A stretch of 64,000 nucleotides of DNA, from the NCBI GenBank assembly GCA_964463635.1, contig CAYXCB010000001.1, forward strand, positions 7,526-71,525, in the 5' to 3' direction. This stretch comes from an uncultured Candidatus Saccharibacteria bacterium (GTDB lineage: Bacteria; Patescibacteriota; Saccharimonadia; Saccharimonadales; CAZARM01). This document shows, one piece after another, positions 29,215 to 38,766 of this stretch (within the stretch, counting starts at the first letter, position 1; each line of letters begins with the position of its first letter). Both the position numbers and the translations under genes were made by a program. Below the pieces are notes generated by a model. That model saw only the letters and a program-made list of their open reading frames with translations, did not search any database and was not told the DNA's origin.

Positions 29215-29300
29215 AGGGGAGAGCAGCCCGATGAAGCGATTCATTCGCTTCCCGGCGCGATGAGAGGGGATATTCCCCTCTCATGAGGCGAAGCCGTTGC
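29215..29300 (+). repeat. palindromic repeat family B, copy 2
   Basis: aggggagagcagcc..gaagc-GATTCATTC-gcttc..atgagagggga-tat-tcccctctcat..ggcgaagcc. Confidence 0.8.
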
Positions 29301-29309
29301 TTACTTGTA

Positions 29310-30599
29310 TCATTTTTTATCTAATAGACTCTCGACTCCTGGCAGGGTTTTGCCGCTCATCAGCTCTAAGCTCGCGCCGCCGCCAGTCGACACATGGTTA
29401 AAATGTCCCAGCAGTTTGCGTTCTTCTATATAACCGACCGTGTCGCCGCCGCCAACCACGGTAAATGGCCGATGGCCAAACTCACCTAGCATAGCGTCGA
29501 CAATCAGGTCTGTACCATGGGCAAACGGCCCGATCGGGCCCTGCAGGCCGTCGACTTCAGTCACGCCCATGGCGCCGTTCCAGATAACGGTGCCGGCCAT
29601 CTGCATACCGCCAGCAATAAACGAGCCGGAAAACGGCCCGATGTCCAGGATCATTTCGTCGTCACTTAGTTTTCCCGTCTCGCGCGGCGGCCGTTTAGGA
29701 TAATTTTCAATGTCGGCGATGATGTGGGCGTCCCAATCGACAATCCGGGTTTTAGCAGTCTTGTCCATCCGGTTCGCCACTACCCCGTCCTGAGGCAAGT
29801 AGAATATAAAATGCTGTTTTTTGACTTTGGCCCTGGCCCGATCGATTATGTCCTTAGCCAGCGGCACATCATCGGGATCAGTCAGGCTTTTGCCGACATC
29901 AAGCCCCTCAGCTAGCAAAAAAGTATTGGCCATGGCGCCGCCGACGACTACAAAATCGGCGATATCTATAAATCGGTTCAAAATGTCGATTTTATCAGCG
30001 ATTTTCGCGCCGCCGATAATGGCCATCAGCGGCCTGATGGGCTTTTCCATGACGCTCGTAATAGTGTCGACTTCTCGCTCTAGCAGCAATCCAGCCACGC
30101 TGGGTAAGAAGTGCGTCACGCCTTCGGTTGAGGCATGAGCCCGGTGGACTACGCCAAAGCCGTCTTGGACAAAAACCTCGCCTAAACTGGCCAGCTTTTC
30201 GGCGAATGCCCTGTCATTCGCCTCTTCCTCGTCGTGATAGCGCAAATTTTCGAGTAGTAATACTTGGCCAGGTTTCAGGGTTTTGGCGGCAGCCTGGGCG
30301 GATTCGCCAACACAATCAGTCGCGAACTTAACATCTAGGTCAAGCAGTTCGCCTAGCCTTTTGGCAATCGGTTTGAGACTCACTTTGGTATCTTTTGGCC
30401 CGTCGGGTCGACCTAGATGCGAGCACACTACAACCGCGCAGCCTTGCTCGAGTAAGTATTTAACTGTTGGCAAAGACTGCTGGATACGATAATCATCGGC
30501 AATCTTACCGTCTTCCAGCGGAACATTATAATCGGCCCGCAGTAAAACCCGTTTACCCTTCAGGTCGTAGTCGCGAATTGTTTGTTTGGTAAACGCCAA
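29310..30599 (-). CDS. pgk: phosphoglycerate kinase
   Basis: RADYNVP, SHLGRP, LLENLRY, HRAHAS, GGAKIADK, DIGP and STGGGASLE motifs. Confidence 0.97.
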   Translation of the reverse strand: MAFTKQTIRDYDLKGKRVLLRADYNVPLEDGKIADDYRIQQSLPTVKYLLEQGCAVVVCSHLGRPDGPKDTKVSLKPIAKRLGELLDLDVKFATDCVGESAQAAAKTLKPGQVLLLENLRYHDEEEANDRAFAEKLASLGEVFVQDGFGVVHRAHASTEGVTHFLPSVAGLLLEREVDTITSVMEKPIRPLMAIIGGAKIADKIDILNRFIDIADFVVVGGAMANTFLLAEGLDVGKSLTDPDDVPLAKDIIDRARAKVKKQHFIFYLPQDGVVANRMDKTAKTRIVDWDAHIIADIENYPKRPPRETGKLSDDEMILDIGPFSGSFIAGGMQMAGTVIWNGAMGVTEVDGLQGPIGPFAHGTDLIVDAMLGEFGHRPFTVVGGGDTVGYIEERKLLGHFNHVSTGGGASLELMSGKTLPGVESLLDKK

Positions 30600-30682
30600 A
30601 TTGCCACCCTATAGTTTTCAGATATTACTAACTACATTTTAGATTGTGCTAACGCTTTTAGCAAAGTTTGGATTAATGTCTT

Positions 30683-30770
30683 AGGGGAGAGTAGCCGGAC
30701 CAAGTGATTCATTCGCTTGTCCGCGCGGCCTGAGAGGGGATGCTCCCCTCTCAGCAGGCGAAGCCGCTGC
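30683..30770 (+). repeat. palindromic repeat family B, copy 3
   Basis: aggggagagtagcc..caagt-GATTCATTC-gcttg..ctgagagggga-tgc-tcccctctcag..ggcgaagcc; abuts the pyk stop codon. Confidence 0.8.
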
Positions 30771-32203
30771 TACTCTAACACTCGGACTTTAATTGTGTCA
30801 GTTGTGCCAACGACGCCTGGATATTTGCCAGTGGCCGTGACAATCATGTCGCCCGTCTTTAGTACCTTATTCTTTTGCAGCCAATTAGTCAGTTTAGTGG
30901 CAGCGAGTTTGCTGTCCGGGCGAACATAGCTTTTAGTTCCATAAACTACCGCCAACTGTTGGGCCACACGAGCTTCTGATGTAACAGCGATAATCGGTCG
31001 TTTAGGCCTGAGAGCGGCAATCTGCAATGCTGTCGCGCCAGATTTAGTTTCGGCGACGATAGCTTTGGCCTGAACATCATCGGCAAGACTAATGATGGCT
31101 TCGCAAATTGCCACCTGGCGGGTAGGCAGGGGCTGCTCAGGATAAATAACATTCAGAGGCGTATTATTTTGGGTGTACAGAATTACCCGCTTCATAGTTT
31201 CAACGGCTTCAATCGGATATTTGCCATTGGCGGTTTCATCGCTCAACATAACGCAATCGGCGCCAATCAAAACAGCCGTAGCGACGTCAGAAATTTCAGC
31301 TCTGGTTGGTTCGGGCACCTCTGTCATGCTGAATAACATCTGGGTAGCAATAATAGTCGGCTTGGCATACTTGATTCCAAGTCCAACCAGCTGGCGTTGG
31401 ACTATGGGAACAGATTCAGCTGGCGCTTCAACAGCTAGGTCGCCGCGAGCCACCATGATAACATCTGACTCCTGAACAATGGCTTCAATATTATCGACGG
31501 CCGCTTTAGTCTCGAACTTAACGATTATCTTGGCTTTAACCCCCAGATTCATCATCTGTTTGCGCATGTTTCGGATATCGGCCGCTGTCTGCACGAAACT
31601 CTGGGCCACATAGTCAATATCTTGGGTTGAACCAAAAGCCAGGTCTTTCTTGTCTTTTTTAGTGATAGTATCGCCAGCAAAGTCCGTATCCGGCAAATTT
31701 ATGCCTTTGCGCTTGATTAAGATACCTTCGTTTTCGGCTCTAGCATGTACTACGCCATCGGCGACACTAGTGATTATTGTTTTAACTTTCCCGTCGTATA
31801 AATACAGCCGATCCCCGCGTTTTACTTTGTTGCTGACGTCAAACTGGGTCGGCAGGTTGCCAGAACGCTCATAATCAGCTTTATACTGAAAAGTCAGATT
31901 CTGACCGGGCTGCACAGGTATAACCCCTTCGAAATCACCTAAGCGAAGTTTTGGGCCCTGCAAATCTTGAATAATAGCAACTGGTTTGCCGCAGTCTTTA
32001 GCAGCCTGGCGAATCCATTTGATGCGCTGGCCATGTTCTTCGTGGTCGCCATGGCTAAAATTAAGCCTCAGTCCATTGGCTCCGGCTTTAATGAGCGCGA
32101 GTACTTTTTCATAACTATCAGTGGCCGGCCCCACCGTGGCGATGATTTTAGTCCTTTTAAATTTATCAACAGGTACATTTGGCACCTTGTTAGTAGTATC
32201 CAT
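30770..32203 (-). CDS. pyk: pyruvate kinase
   Basis: TKIIATVGPA, RLNFSHG, DLQGPK, MVARGDL, ATQM and MLSDETA motifs; start taken at ATG 32203. Confidence 0.97.
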   Translation of the reverse strand: MDTTNKVPNVPVDKFKRTKIIATVGPATDSYEKVLALIKAGANGLRLNFSHGDHEEHGQRIKWIRQAAKDCGKPVAIIQDLQGPKLRLGDFEGVIPVQPGQNLTFQYKADYERSGNLPTQFDVSNKVKRGDRLYLYDGKVKTIITSVADGVVHARAENEGILIKRKGINLPDTDFAGDTITKKDKKDLAFGSTQDIDYVAQSFVQTAADIRNMRKQMMNLGVKAKIIVKFETKAAVDNIEAIVQESDVIMVARGDLAVEAPAESVPIVQRQLVGLGIKYAKPTIIATQMLFSMTEVPEPTRAEISDVATAVLIGADCVMLSDETANGKYPIEAVETMKRVILYTQNNTPLNVIYPEQPLPTRQVAICEAIISLADDVQAKAIVAETKSGATALQIAALRPKRPIIAVTSEARVAQQLAVVYGTKSYVRPDSKLAATKLTNWLQKNKVLKTGDMIVTATGKYPGVVGTTDTIKVRVLE

Positions 32204-32411
32204 AAAATTACGCACCTCTCCTGCAACTCACCCCACAAAACAGGTTTTGCGGGGACCCCGTTTGCGCCCAGCGAAGCTGGTCGCACCGCAGGAGCTCTTG
32301 GCCCAGAACTGCATTTTCTACTGCAATACTCACGTCACCGTACCGAATGTACGGCTCGCTACGTTTCTCATAGAGAAATACACTTCTGCATCCAACTGCG
32401 TAAATTTTTAT
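32202..32411 (-). repeat. palindromic element, family A copy 2
   Basis: Ends ataaaattacgca / tgcgtaaatttttat. Minus-strand core gagCCGTAC-attcg-GTACGGtga and GCCAAGAGC. Also contains a GGGGTCCCC-hairpin-GGGGT module seen again at about 33412-33445. Confidence 0.7.
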
Positions 32412-32555
32412 CATAATCTATTAACAGTGTACTTGCTTATGCTTATATCTAGCAAGGTTAAAAGATGTTTTGACTAGATATTTCAGATCTGTTATGGTAC
32501 TATTTTTTGGTCATTCAAGCAAGCATTTTAGCCATGTTTGATAATCATTCTTAAT

Positions 32556-32630
32556 GGTCTCATCGTCTAACGGTTAGGACACCAGGTTTTCATCCTGGCA
32601 ATCCGGGTTCGATTCCCGGTGAGATCACCA
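32556..32630 (+). tRNA. tRNA-Glu(TTC)
   Basis: ggtctca/tgagatc acceptor stem, ccagg-ttTTCat-cctgg anticodon arm, GGTTCGATTCC and encoded CCA. Confidence 0.96.
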
Positions 32631-32639
32631 TGCAATGTA

Positions 32640-32714
32640 TTGACATTATAGTCAAGTATGCTACACTTGACTTACAGCACCTCGTTTGGACGCAAGTTCT
32701 CGCGAGGTCTTTTT
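32640..32714 (+). promoter_or_regulatory. promoter plus short structured leader/terminator before the NYN gene
   Basis: TTGACA (32640) and TGcTACACT (32659-32667); acctcg/cgaggt stem with ggac-GCAA-gttc apex and a T tract. Confidence 0.6.
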
Positions 32715-32725
32715 ATTGCTAGAAT

Positions 32726-33325
32726 ATGATCATGAGACGAGTTGTACTGATTGATGGCGAAAACTTAGTATATGGATTGAGGCATTTGCTTGGCAAAAAG
32801 GGCAATAAGGCTCCCCGTTCTAGAGTAGAACGCTTTAATTTTAGAGGACTGATTGAGGAGCTTTTAGCAGACAATGTGCCCTCTGAAATTCTATGGTTTG
32901 GAGCAAGATTAAGGCTTTATGATCAATCAAGCGAGCTCAAGCGTAAATCGAGTGAAGCCATCAAAGCACAAGCTAAGTTCATGAATCAAATACAGCAGCA
33001 AAAGATTACTTTTATTAAGGTGGGTTATTTACGAGCTCGAGAGTCAGACCCTTGTGAAAAATGCTCTCATCAAACATGGAAACTTGCCGAAAAGGGAGTA
33101 GATGTTGATTTAGCCGTACGTATGGTGTCAGAGGCCAGTAAAACCACAGAAATTATTGTCATAAGTGCTGATACAGATCTGCTTCCGGCCTTTTTGGTTT
33201 CAGCAAAACTAGGTTCAAAAATTATGCATATAGGCTACGAGACCCGCCCAATCTATGCACTTATCAAAGCGTCTGATAAAACCAGAACGATAACATTGCC
33301 GCTTGCTTTGAAATATAAGGCTTAG
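32726..33325 (+). CDS. NYN domain (PIN-like) ribonuclease
   Basis: VLIDGENL, EKGVDVDLA and ISADTDLLP acidic motifs. Confidence 0.9.
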   Translation: MIMRRVVLIDGENLVYGLRHLLGKKGNKAPRSRVERFNFRGLIEELLADNVPSEILWFGARLRLYDQSSELKRKSSEAIKAQAKFMNQIQQQKITFIKVGYLRARESDPCEKCSHQTWKLAEKGVDVDLAVRMVSEASKTTEIIVISADTDLLPAFLVSAKLGSKIMHIGYETRPIYALIKASDKTRTITLPLALKYKA

Positions 33326-33466
33326 GATAAGCTGTTCGCGTCCCAATAACTGATTCATTGATTCACAACAGAGGCCAAAATGAAATCCCCCGCATTGCTG
33401 CTTGGGCTCCTGGGGTCCCCAAGCTGAGAGGATTCAGCTTGGGGTAGAGCAAGAACCAACCATAAA

Positions 33467-33502
33467 ATCAAAGAATCCGAACGGTTTGTTCGGATTCTTG
33501 AT
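33467..33502. terminator. intrinsic terminator hairpin
   Basis: atcaaagaatccgaac / gttcggattcttgat inverted repeat between convergent genes. Confidence 0.7.
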
Positions 33503-33603
33503 GCAAGAGGTTGAGTTCTTGCGAGAGCGGTCAGTCAATGCTCGTTTAGCTTAATGCTACTGTAGCACAAATTAGACAAACACGCTACTGCTTTTCCACA
33601 GCT

Positions 33604-35196
33604 TTAAACTGTGTACTTGCGACCGTATATGTAACGGTGTGCTAGCGCGCCAGCAATTGTAGTAGCCGCGAATATACCGACAACATCACTCACACCTGTT
33701 TTAGGTAGAGTTGTTGGAGGTACATCAATGTTGATTGGCTGTGCGCAAGAATCAGCAGTGTGAGACTTAACTTGGCCATCAACATTGAAGTCAACCGTTA
33801 CTTTAGCTGTAAAGTTACCAGCTGCTGGGAAAGTATGTTCAACTTCGCCGTTAGCCTTGTTAGTAACTGCTTCCTGCTTGTAGCCAGTACCAGTGAACTC
33901 GTAGCGGTACTGTTTGACAGTTGCTCCGCCCTGAGCTGTAGCTTTGGTGGTGAACTTGTAAGTTCGACCGCTTACCAGCACAGGCTTGTCCATCAGGTCA
34001 CAGCGGTAAATTGGTTGATCTGGCTTACAATCCTCGATTACAACTTTAGCGTTGTCTTTTCGCTCTGGGATGTTCTTAGCACGTCCGAAGGCTTCGTTCT
34101 TCAGTTCGCAAACATCATCTTTAGTGTTGACCTTGGTTCGGAAACGAATAACACCATTCCCGTTAGGGGAGTAGTCGCCTACGTTAACACCCCCAGATCC
34201 TAAGGCTGTATCAGAAAGAGTCTCAGTACCAGCTGCTGTTGACAGTTTGATTGAGCCAGGTACAAGTTCTAGGCCAGCTGGAAGTTCGTCACGAATAGTA
34301 ACGTCATCAGCAAAAGAGCTGCCATTATTCTTGTAGTCGATGCGCCAGCTAATAGTTTCACCGCGCTTTACACTTACAGTTTCAGAGCTGTCGGTCAGTT
34401 TTGGCATATCTACTTTAGATACGGTCTTATTGACTTCCAGGTTGGGGGCGTTGATGCGAACACGGATAACTACGAATGAAGCGAAGTCGAAACAACCAGG
34501 ATATATGCCATCCATAGCTTCATGTCCAATCAATGTGCCATTAGTGCTCATGATTGAGTCTGGAAGTGCCATACCGCCCTGATGAGCTGAATTGTAGATA
34601 CGAGCAGAACCAGGAACAAATTCAACGTCAAAGGCTTGGTTTTCGTTCCTTAGATCAACCGTGTCATATACCGTCTGCGGGATAGCGTTATCGGCGCTAA
34701 TTCGAGCCTGGGCAGTAAAACCATTGGCTACGCCTTCAGGAAGTTCAAATCGTATCTTGGTGTTCTTGGCTACGCCAATACCATCAAGTACGCCTGGACC
34801 CTTGTTGGGGTTATCGTTGATACTTGGGTGAGCTATGTTATGCACATATGCCCGCACAATGTATTCTTTGCCAACTTGAACTGGTTGTTGGTCTTTGTAT
34901 GTGCCGGGGCTTTGGTTGTAGCAAGCCTCGCCAGCCACAGTGCATTCCTTAGCATCTACAAAAGCTCGTTCATCACCATAAACATCAGTGTTGATATAGC
35001 TGTTGAAACGAGGACCGTCAAAGGCACCGTTGTGTTCGGCTGGATTATTCCAATCGAAGATCTTGCGGTCAGGACCATTCGGGCCATAACCGGCCATTAC
35101 GGCCATAGGTACTGCAACGGCGGCAAGTACTGCAACGGCGGCAACAGCAACTTTTGTTCGTTTGCTGAGTCGGTCTAAAATTTTTCGGATACTCAT
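33604..35196 (-). CDS. surface protein with DUF11 and PKD-like domains and an LPXTG anchor
   Basis: Signal peptide, KTV...GETISWRIDYKN...DELPAGLELVPGS (DUF11), and C-terminal LPKTG + TM + basic tail. Confidence 0.85.
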   Translation of the reverse strand: MSIRKILDRLSKRTKVAVAAVAVLAAVAVPMAVMAGYGPNGPDRKIFDWNNPAEHNGAFDGPRFNSYINTDVYGDERAFVDAKECTVAGEACYNQSPGTYKDQQPVQVGKEYIVRAYVHNIAHPSINDNPNKGPGVLDGIGVAKNTKIRFELPEGVANGFTAQARISADNAIPQTVYDTVDLRNENQAFDVEFVPGSARIYNSAHQGGMALPDSIMSTNGTLIGHEAMDGIYPGCFDFASFVVIRVRINAPNLEVNKTVSKVDMPKLTDSSETVSVKRGETISWRIDYKNNGSSFADDVTIRDELPAGLELVPGSIKLSTAAGTETLSDTALGSGGVNVGDYSPNGNGVIRFRTKVNTKDDVCELKNEAFGRAKNIPERKDNAKVVIEDCKPDQPIYRCDLMDKPVLVSGRTYKFTTKATAQGGATVKQYRYEFTGTGYKQEAVTNKANGEVEHTFPAAGNFTAKVTVDFNVDGQVKSHTADSCAQPINIDVPPTTLPKTGVSDVVGIFAATTIAGALAHRYIYGRKYTV

Positions 35197-35220
35197 TATA
35201 TTATCTCCTTATTACCTTTC

Positions 35221-36411
35221 TTATTCGCACGCTTCGCCACACTCGCCTAGAGTAGTGCTTGTTACAGATTGGGCGCTAGTCGTAGAAGTACTGGAGTTTG
35301 GAGCAGGTTCTGCGGTTGTACTGGTTGTAACGTTATTATTAGGATTGTTGTCATTGTCTGGAGTACCGCCTGCACCTGGTTGTTCAATAGTAGTATTGTC
35401 AGTAACGGTGTTGGATGTTCGTGGGGCAGTAGTACTAGTAGTCTTAGGCACAGTTGTAGGTACTGTAAAGGTCGTAGTAGGACGTCCCGGAGGAGTGGAT
35501 GTAACAGTAGTTACTGGTGTAGGTCGCTCACCTTTCAGCACGGGGTTTTCGCAGATTGCGCTGCTTGTCGCAACGAATTCGAAAACCTCATCAGTTGTAA
35601 TCACTTTGTCGCCGTTTTCATCAACTCGAATGGTGTAATGAATGAGCTGTTCAGGATCTTTACCCGCATCACGCATTTTTTGCACGAAAACTTTAAAGTC
35701 TTCATGGCTTAGCACTAAACCAGCTAAAGTTGTTCGTTTAGTTCCTTCAACACTGTGATTACCATGACGGGCTTCTCGCAGGTCTAAGAACTTAATGGTG
35801 TCTGCTTTGCCGTCGCCATCGGTGTCCACGCAGTTATGATTGCGTTCTATAGTACCTTCTGGGACATCAATACTGGCAATATGCTTTTGAGTAAAGGTTG
35901 TAAGGTCGGCGTTGCCGCTCACCTTTAATGATGTATCTGCTAATGATGTATCTGCATCTTTGTTGGCAACCGCTTTTTCAGTAATGAAGCCAAGTGCGTC
36001 AGCGCCCATTACATTAGTCCAGAACTTTTGAGTCGATTCAACCATATCTGGGTTTTGTTCATAAAAACCAAAAAGATGGTTTGGAGTGTAGGGTTTGTCG
36101 GTCCATAGTTCTTTGCCGCCTAAGCCGCCACAGTTCGTAAGACCGCTCTCTACGGCAGCAGCGATAGCCGCGTCGCTACCATCAAGGACGGTGCCAGGAA
36201 GACCTTCTGCTCCGGCAGAACCTTCAGAGGCTGCAGCTTCTTCGATTTCACCTAGATAGCTAAGGTCGCGTCCTGAATCACCCCCACAAGCAACAAGAGA
36301 TGTAGAAGCTAAACAAACTAAAGCTCCAGCACCAAATGCTTTTCGTGCTTTAAGTTCAAACGGGCTGATTTGGGCGACGGTGTTTGGATTAGTAATAGTT
36401 TGTTCGCTCAT
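35221..36411 (-). CDS. putative lipoprotein with Thr-rich tail
   Basis: LVAC lipobox-like motif; T/P/N-rich C-terminus; 15-bp tandem duplication at 35926-35955 (ADTSL x2). Confidence 0.75.
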   Translation of the reverse strand: MSEQTITNPNTVAQISPFELKARKAFGAGALVCLASTSLVACGGDSGRDLSYLGEIEEAAASEGSAGAEGLPGTVLDGSDAAIAAAVESGLTNCGGLGGKELWTDKPYTPNHLFGFYEQNPDMVESTQKFWTNVMGADALGFITEKAVANKDADTSLADTSLKVSGNADLTTFTQKHIASIDVPEGTIERNHNCVDTDGDGKADTIKFLDLREARHGNHSVEGTKRTTLAGLVLSHEDFKVFVQKMRDAGKDPEQLIHYTIRVDENGDKVITTDEVFEFVATSSAICENPVLKGERPTPVTTVTSTPPGRPTTTFTVPTTVPKTTSTTAPRTSNTVTDNTTIEQPGAGGTPDNDNNPNNNVTTSTTAEPAPNSSTSTTSAQSVTSTTLGECGEACE

Positions 36412-36429
36412 ATTATTAGTTCTCCTTAA

Positions 36430-36792
36430 TTATTCTGAGACTTTAAGGTCTAGGCCAACGCTAGGAGCTTCCATCTCAGATTTAACGTCTTGAACTGGTT
36501 TGCCCACATTCTCGTCAAAGCAAGCTTCGGTAGCAATCTTGAGCTTATCGTTAATGCTCTTGATACCTTCGCCAACTGGCATATCTGTAGGTAGTTCGAG
36601 TTCCTTTGCTTTTCTAGCATCGCTTAGGGCTGTTTCACCGCAGTCACGGGCAATAAGTTTTGCCTGTCCGCTAATTATTTCGACTGGAGTGCCTTTAGGG
36701 CCTTCCTCTACGCCTGCTTCGCGTGTTTGATAACCACCAGCAAATAATGCTGCGCTAGCAAGTCCTATACCTAATACTTTCTTGTATCCCAT
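36430..36792 (-). CDS. hypothetical secreted protein
   Basis: SD-like GGGGAG upstream; N-terminal hydrophobic helix. Confidence 0.65.
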   Translation of the reverse strand: MGYKKVLGIGLASAALFAGGYQTREAGVEEGPKGTPVEIISGQAKLIARDCGETALSDARKAKELELPTDMPVGEGIKSINDKLKIATEACFDENVGKPVQDVKSEMEAPSVGLDLKVSE

Positions 36793-37018
36793 GATCTAAT
36801 TCTCCCCTTGAGTTATTTACACTGTCTCCGCGCCCACCACTGTTGAAACAGCGTGATTTCACGTATAGTCACTACTCTACCACAAGCATTACTATATGTC
36901 AATACTTTTTACAATATTCCTCGTATTAACACAAGCGCAATCAAACCCCTTAAGCACGCGGTTCGTGCTCAGCATAGACGGGTGAGATACATAAGGCTGT
37001 GAAGTTTTTAACTTTTAT

Positions 37019-38449
37019 TTAAGTTTTTGAAGTTTCTTTGGTTGGTGGGAGGGATTTAAGCTTGGATTTGGCAAAACTAAAGCCAAAGGTACTGCCCTTG
37101 CCCTCTTCGCTCTTAAAGATCAGGCTGCCGCCTTGGGCGACTATAACTTTCTTAGCCATGAACAGGCCTAGGCCAGTACCGTCCGGCCGGGCTTGTTTGG
37201 CGTTGCCAGCCCGGAAAAACTTGGTAAACAAATGGTGCTGCTCGTGTTTTGGAACGCCCAAGCCATCATCCATGACGGTAAACTCTACGCTAGTTGGCAA
37301 GTCTTTGACCTCGATGTTGATGTGACCGCCGGCCGGCGTGTAGTAAATGGCGTTATCGACAAAGTTCATAATCACCTGGCGTATTTTGGTTTCATCCAGC
37401 ATCAGCATGGGGAAATCTTTTGGCTTCTCGTACTTGAGTTCAAGTTTACGGCCGGCCGCGGTTTCTTCTAACTGTTCCACTTCGCCTTGGACGGCTTCGG
37501 CCAGATTGGTTGGTACGGCTTCGATGATAAATTTACCGGTTCGCAAGCGCGACACGTTCAGTAGGTCGGCTATCAGGTAAACCATGCGCTGCGAGCTGAT
37601 AAAGGCCTGGTCCAGCAGTTTGTGCTGGCTAGCGGTTATTTTGCCCGAGTCACCCTCTATAACCATGCTGAGGTAGCCTTTGACTGATGTCAGCGGCGTC
37701 CGGAGCTGGTGTGAGGCCATACTGATGAACTCGTCCTTGGTCTCATCCAGCGCTTTCAGCTTTTCATTCGTCCGTTGCAGCTGTTTGAGCACCCGCTGGT
37801 TTTCCTCGAACAGTAAGCGGTTATCAATAGCAATCCCCACCGCCTCGCTGAGACGCTCCAGCAAAGTGTTTTCTTTTTCATTGATGTCATGCTTTTCCTG
37901 CGTCAGCCCGACAACCATCAACCCAACTAAGCGGTGCCTGGCCATAAGTTTAATAATAACCACACTTTGGACTGGTAATTCATGGCGCAAAGCCGTTATT
38001 TCGTTAGAGGATAAGCCAGTTAGATCGCTTAGGTCGTCAGTGGTAATGGATCTTGCGCTAATAGTCATCATCCGCGTCTGGCTAGACAGCCACTGATTGT
38101 GCTTGTCCAGGTCGATGTGCAAACGTTTAGTTTCCGGCGGTTTTCCAGATGAGGTTGCAAGACCCACTAGCTCCAAGGAATTATGATGAGAGGAATTTGT
38201 CAGAAAGGCGACTAGAGCGTAATTGGACTTATCCGTAATAGCACTGGCCATCTGTTGGCATAGAACATCAAGTGTTTCATGCGACTCTAACACCAGGCTG
38301 TCAATTTTGCGCAGAAGCGATAGCATTTGGTTGGTTTGGGCCAGCTCAAGGTTGCGTTTGTACATCTCCTGAGAGACATGGGCCAAGTCTTGCTCAAGCT
38401 GCTTTTTTTTGGTCATTGGCCTTTTCAGGCGTAATTTTTCTTTTTCCAC
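37019..38449 (-). CDS. soluble GAF-domain sensor histidine kinase
   Basis: ASHQLRTPLT H-box, NFVDNAIYY, DDGLG and GTGLGL motifs; GAF ending IAIDNRLL; no TM. Confidence 0.93.
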   Translation of the reverse strand: MEKEKLRLKRPMTKKKQLEQDLAHVSQEMYKRNLELAQTNQMLSLLRKIDSLVLESHETLDVLCQQMASAITDKSNYALVAFLTNSSHHNSLELVGLATSSGKPPETKRLHIDLDKHNQWLSSQTRMMTISARSITTDDLSDLTGLSSNEITALRHELPVQSVVIIKLMARHRLVGLMVVGLTQEKHDINEKENTLLERLSEAVGIAIDNRLLFEENQRVLKQLQRTNEKLKALDETKDEFISMASHQLRTPLTSVKGYLSMVIEGDSGKITASQHKLLDQAFISSQRMVYLIADLLNVSRLRTGKFIIEAVPTNLAEAVQGEVEQLEETAAGRKLELKYEKPKDFPMLMLDETKIRQVIMNFVDNAIYYTPAGGHINIEVKDLPTSVEFTVMDDGLGVPKHEQHHLFTKFFRAGNAKQARPDGTGLGLFMAKKVIVAQGGSLIFKSEEGKGSTFGFSFAKSKLKSLPPTKETSKT

Positions 38450-38478
38450 CCTGAACGCGTCCTAATGAACATTAAATT

Positions 38479-38760
38479 TTATTGGAGAGACTTTGGTTGG
38501 TTCTCAGGAGCCAGCTGCGATAAATATTTAGAAACGGCTTCTTTGCAGGTTTCAACAGCAATCTGTCCAAAGAGTTCTTTGTACTGCCTTACAAGATCGT
38601 CAATTGCCTGGGTGGCGCTACCAGTTATGGACACGCTGTGCTTAGGCCAATCTACGGTTAGTGCCGTTACGCCTTTGGCTTGCTCGACAGCCACCGGTCC
38701 AATAATGGTTTCTTGCTGTTCGATGATTTTCGTGGCAATGTTGGTGTATATATCATCCAT
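38479..38760 (-). CDS. small helical protein between membrane protein and kinase
   Basis: 93 aa; KIIEQQETIIGPVA...LVRQYKELFGQIA; operon position. Confidence 0.75.
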   Translation of the reverse strand: MDDIYTNIATKIIEQQETIIGPVAVEQAKGVTALTVDWPKHSVSITGSATQAIDDLVRQYKELFGQIAVETCKEAVSKYLSQLAPENQPKSLQ

Positions 38761-38766
38761 AGCAGG

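Noticed and set aside
29700-29800. Extra segment in Pgk (VDWDAHIIADIENYPKRPP)
   Set aside because: No inverted repeats or repeat-family motif at the DNA level; probably a lineage-specific loop, not a mobile insertion.
31967-32477. Several overlapping ORFs upstream of pyk
   Set aside because: They are explained by the pyk antisense strand and the family A element.
35109-35144. 18-bp tandem duplication gtactgcaacggcggcaa
   Set aside because: It is an in-frame duplication in a signal peptide (AAVAV twice), with only two units, so it is not an array.
35162-35712. Plus-strand Val-rich and Cys/Ser-rich ORFs
   Set aside because: They are antisense shadows of the Thr-rich lipoprotein tail.
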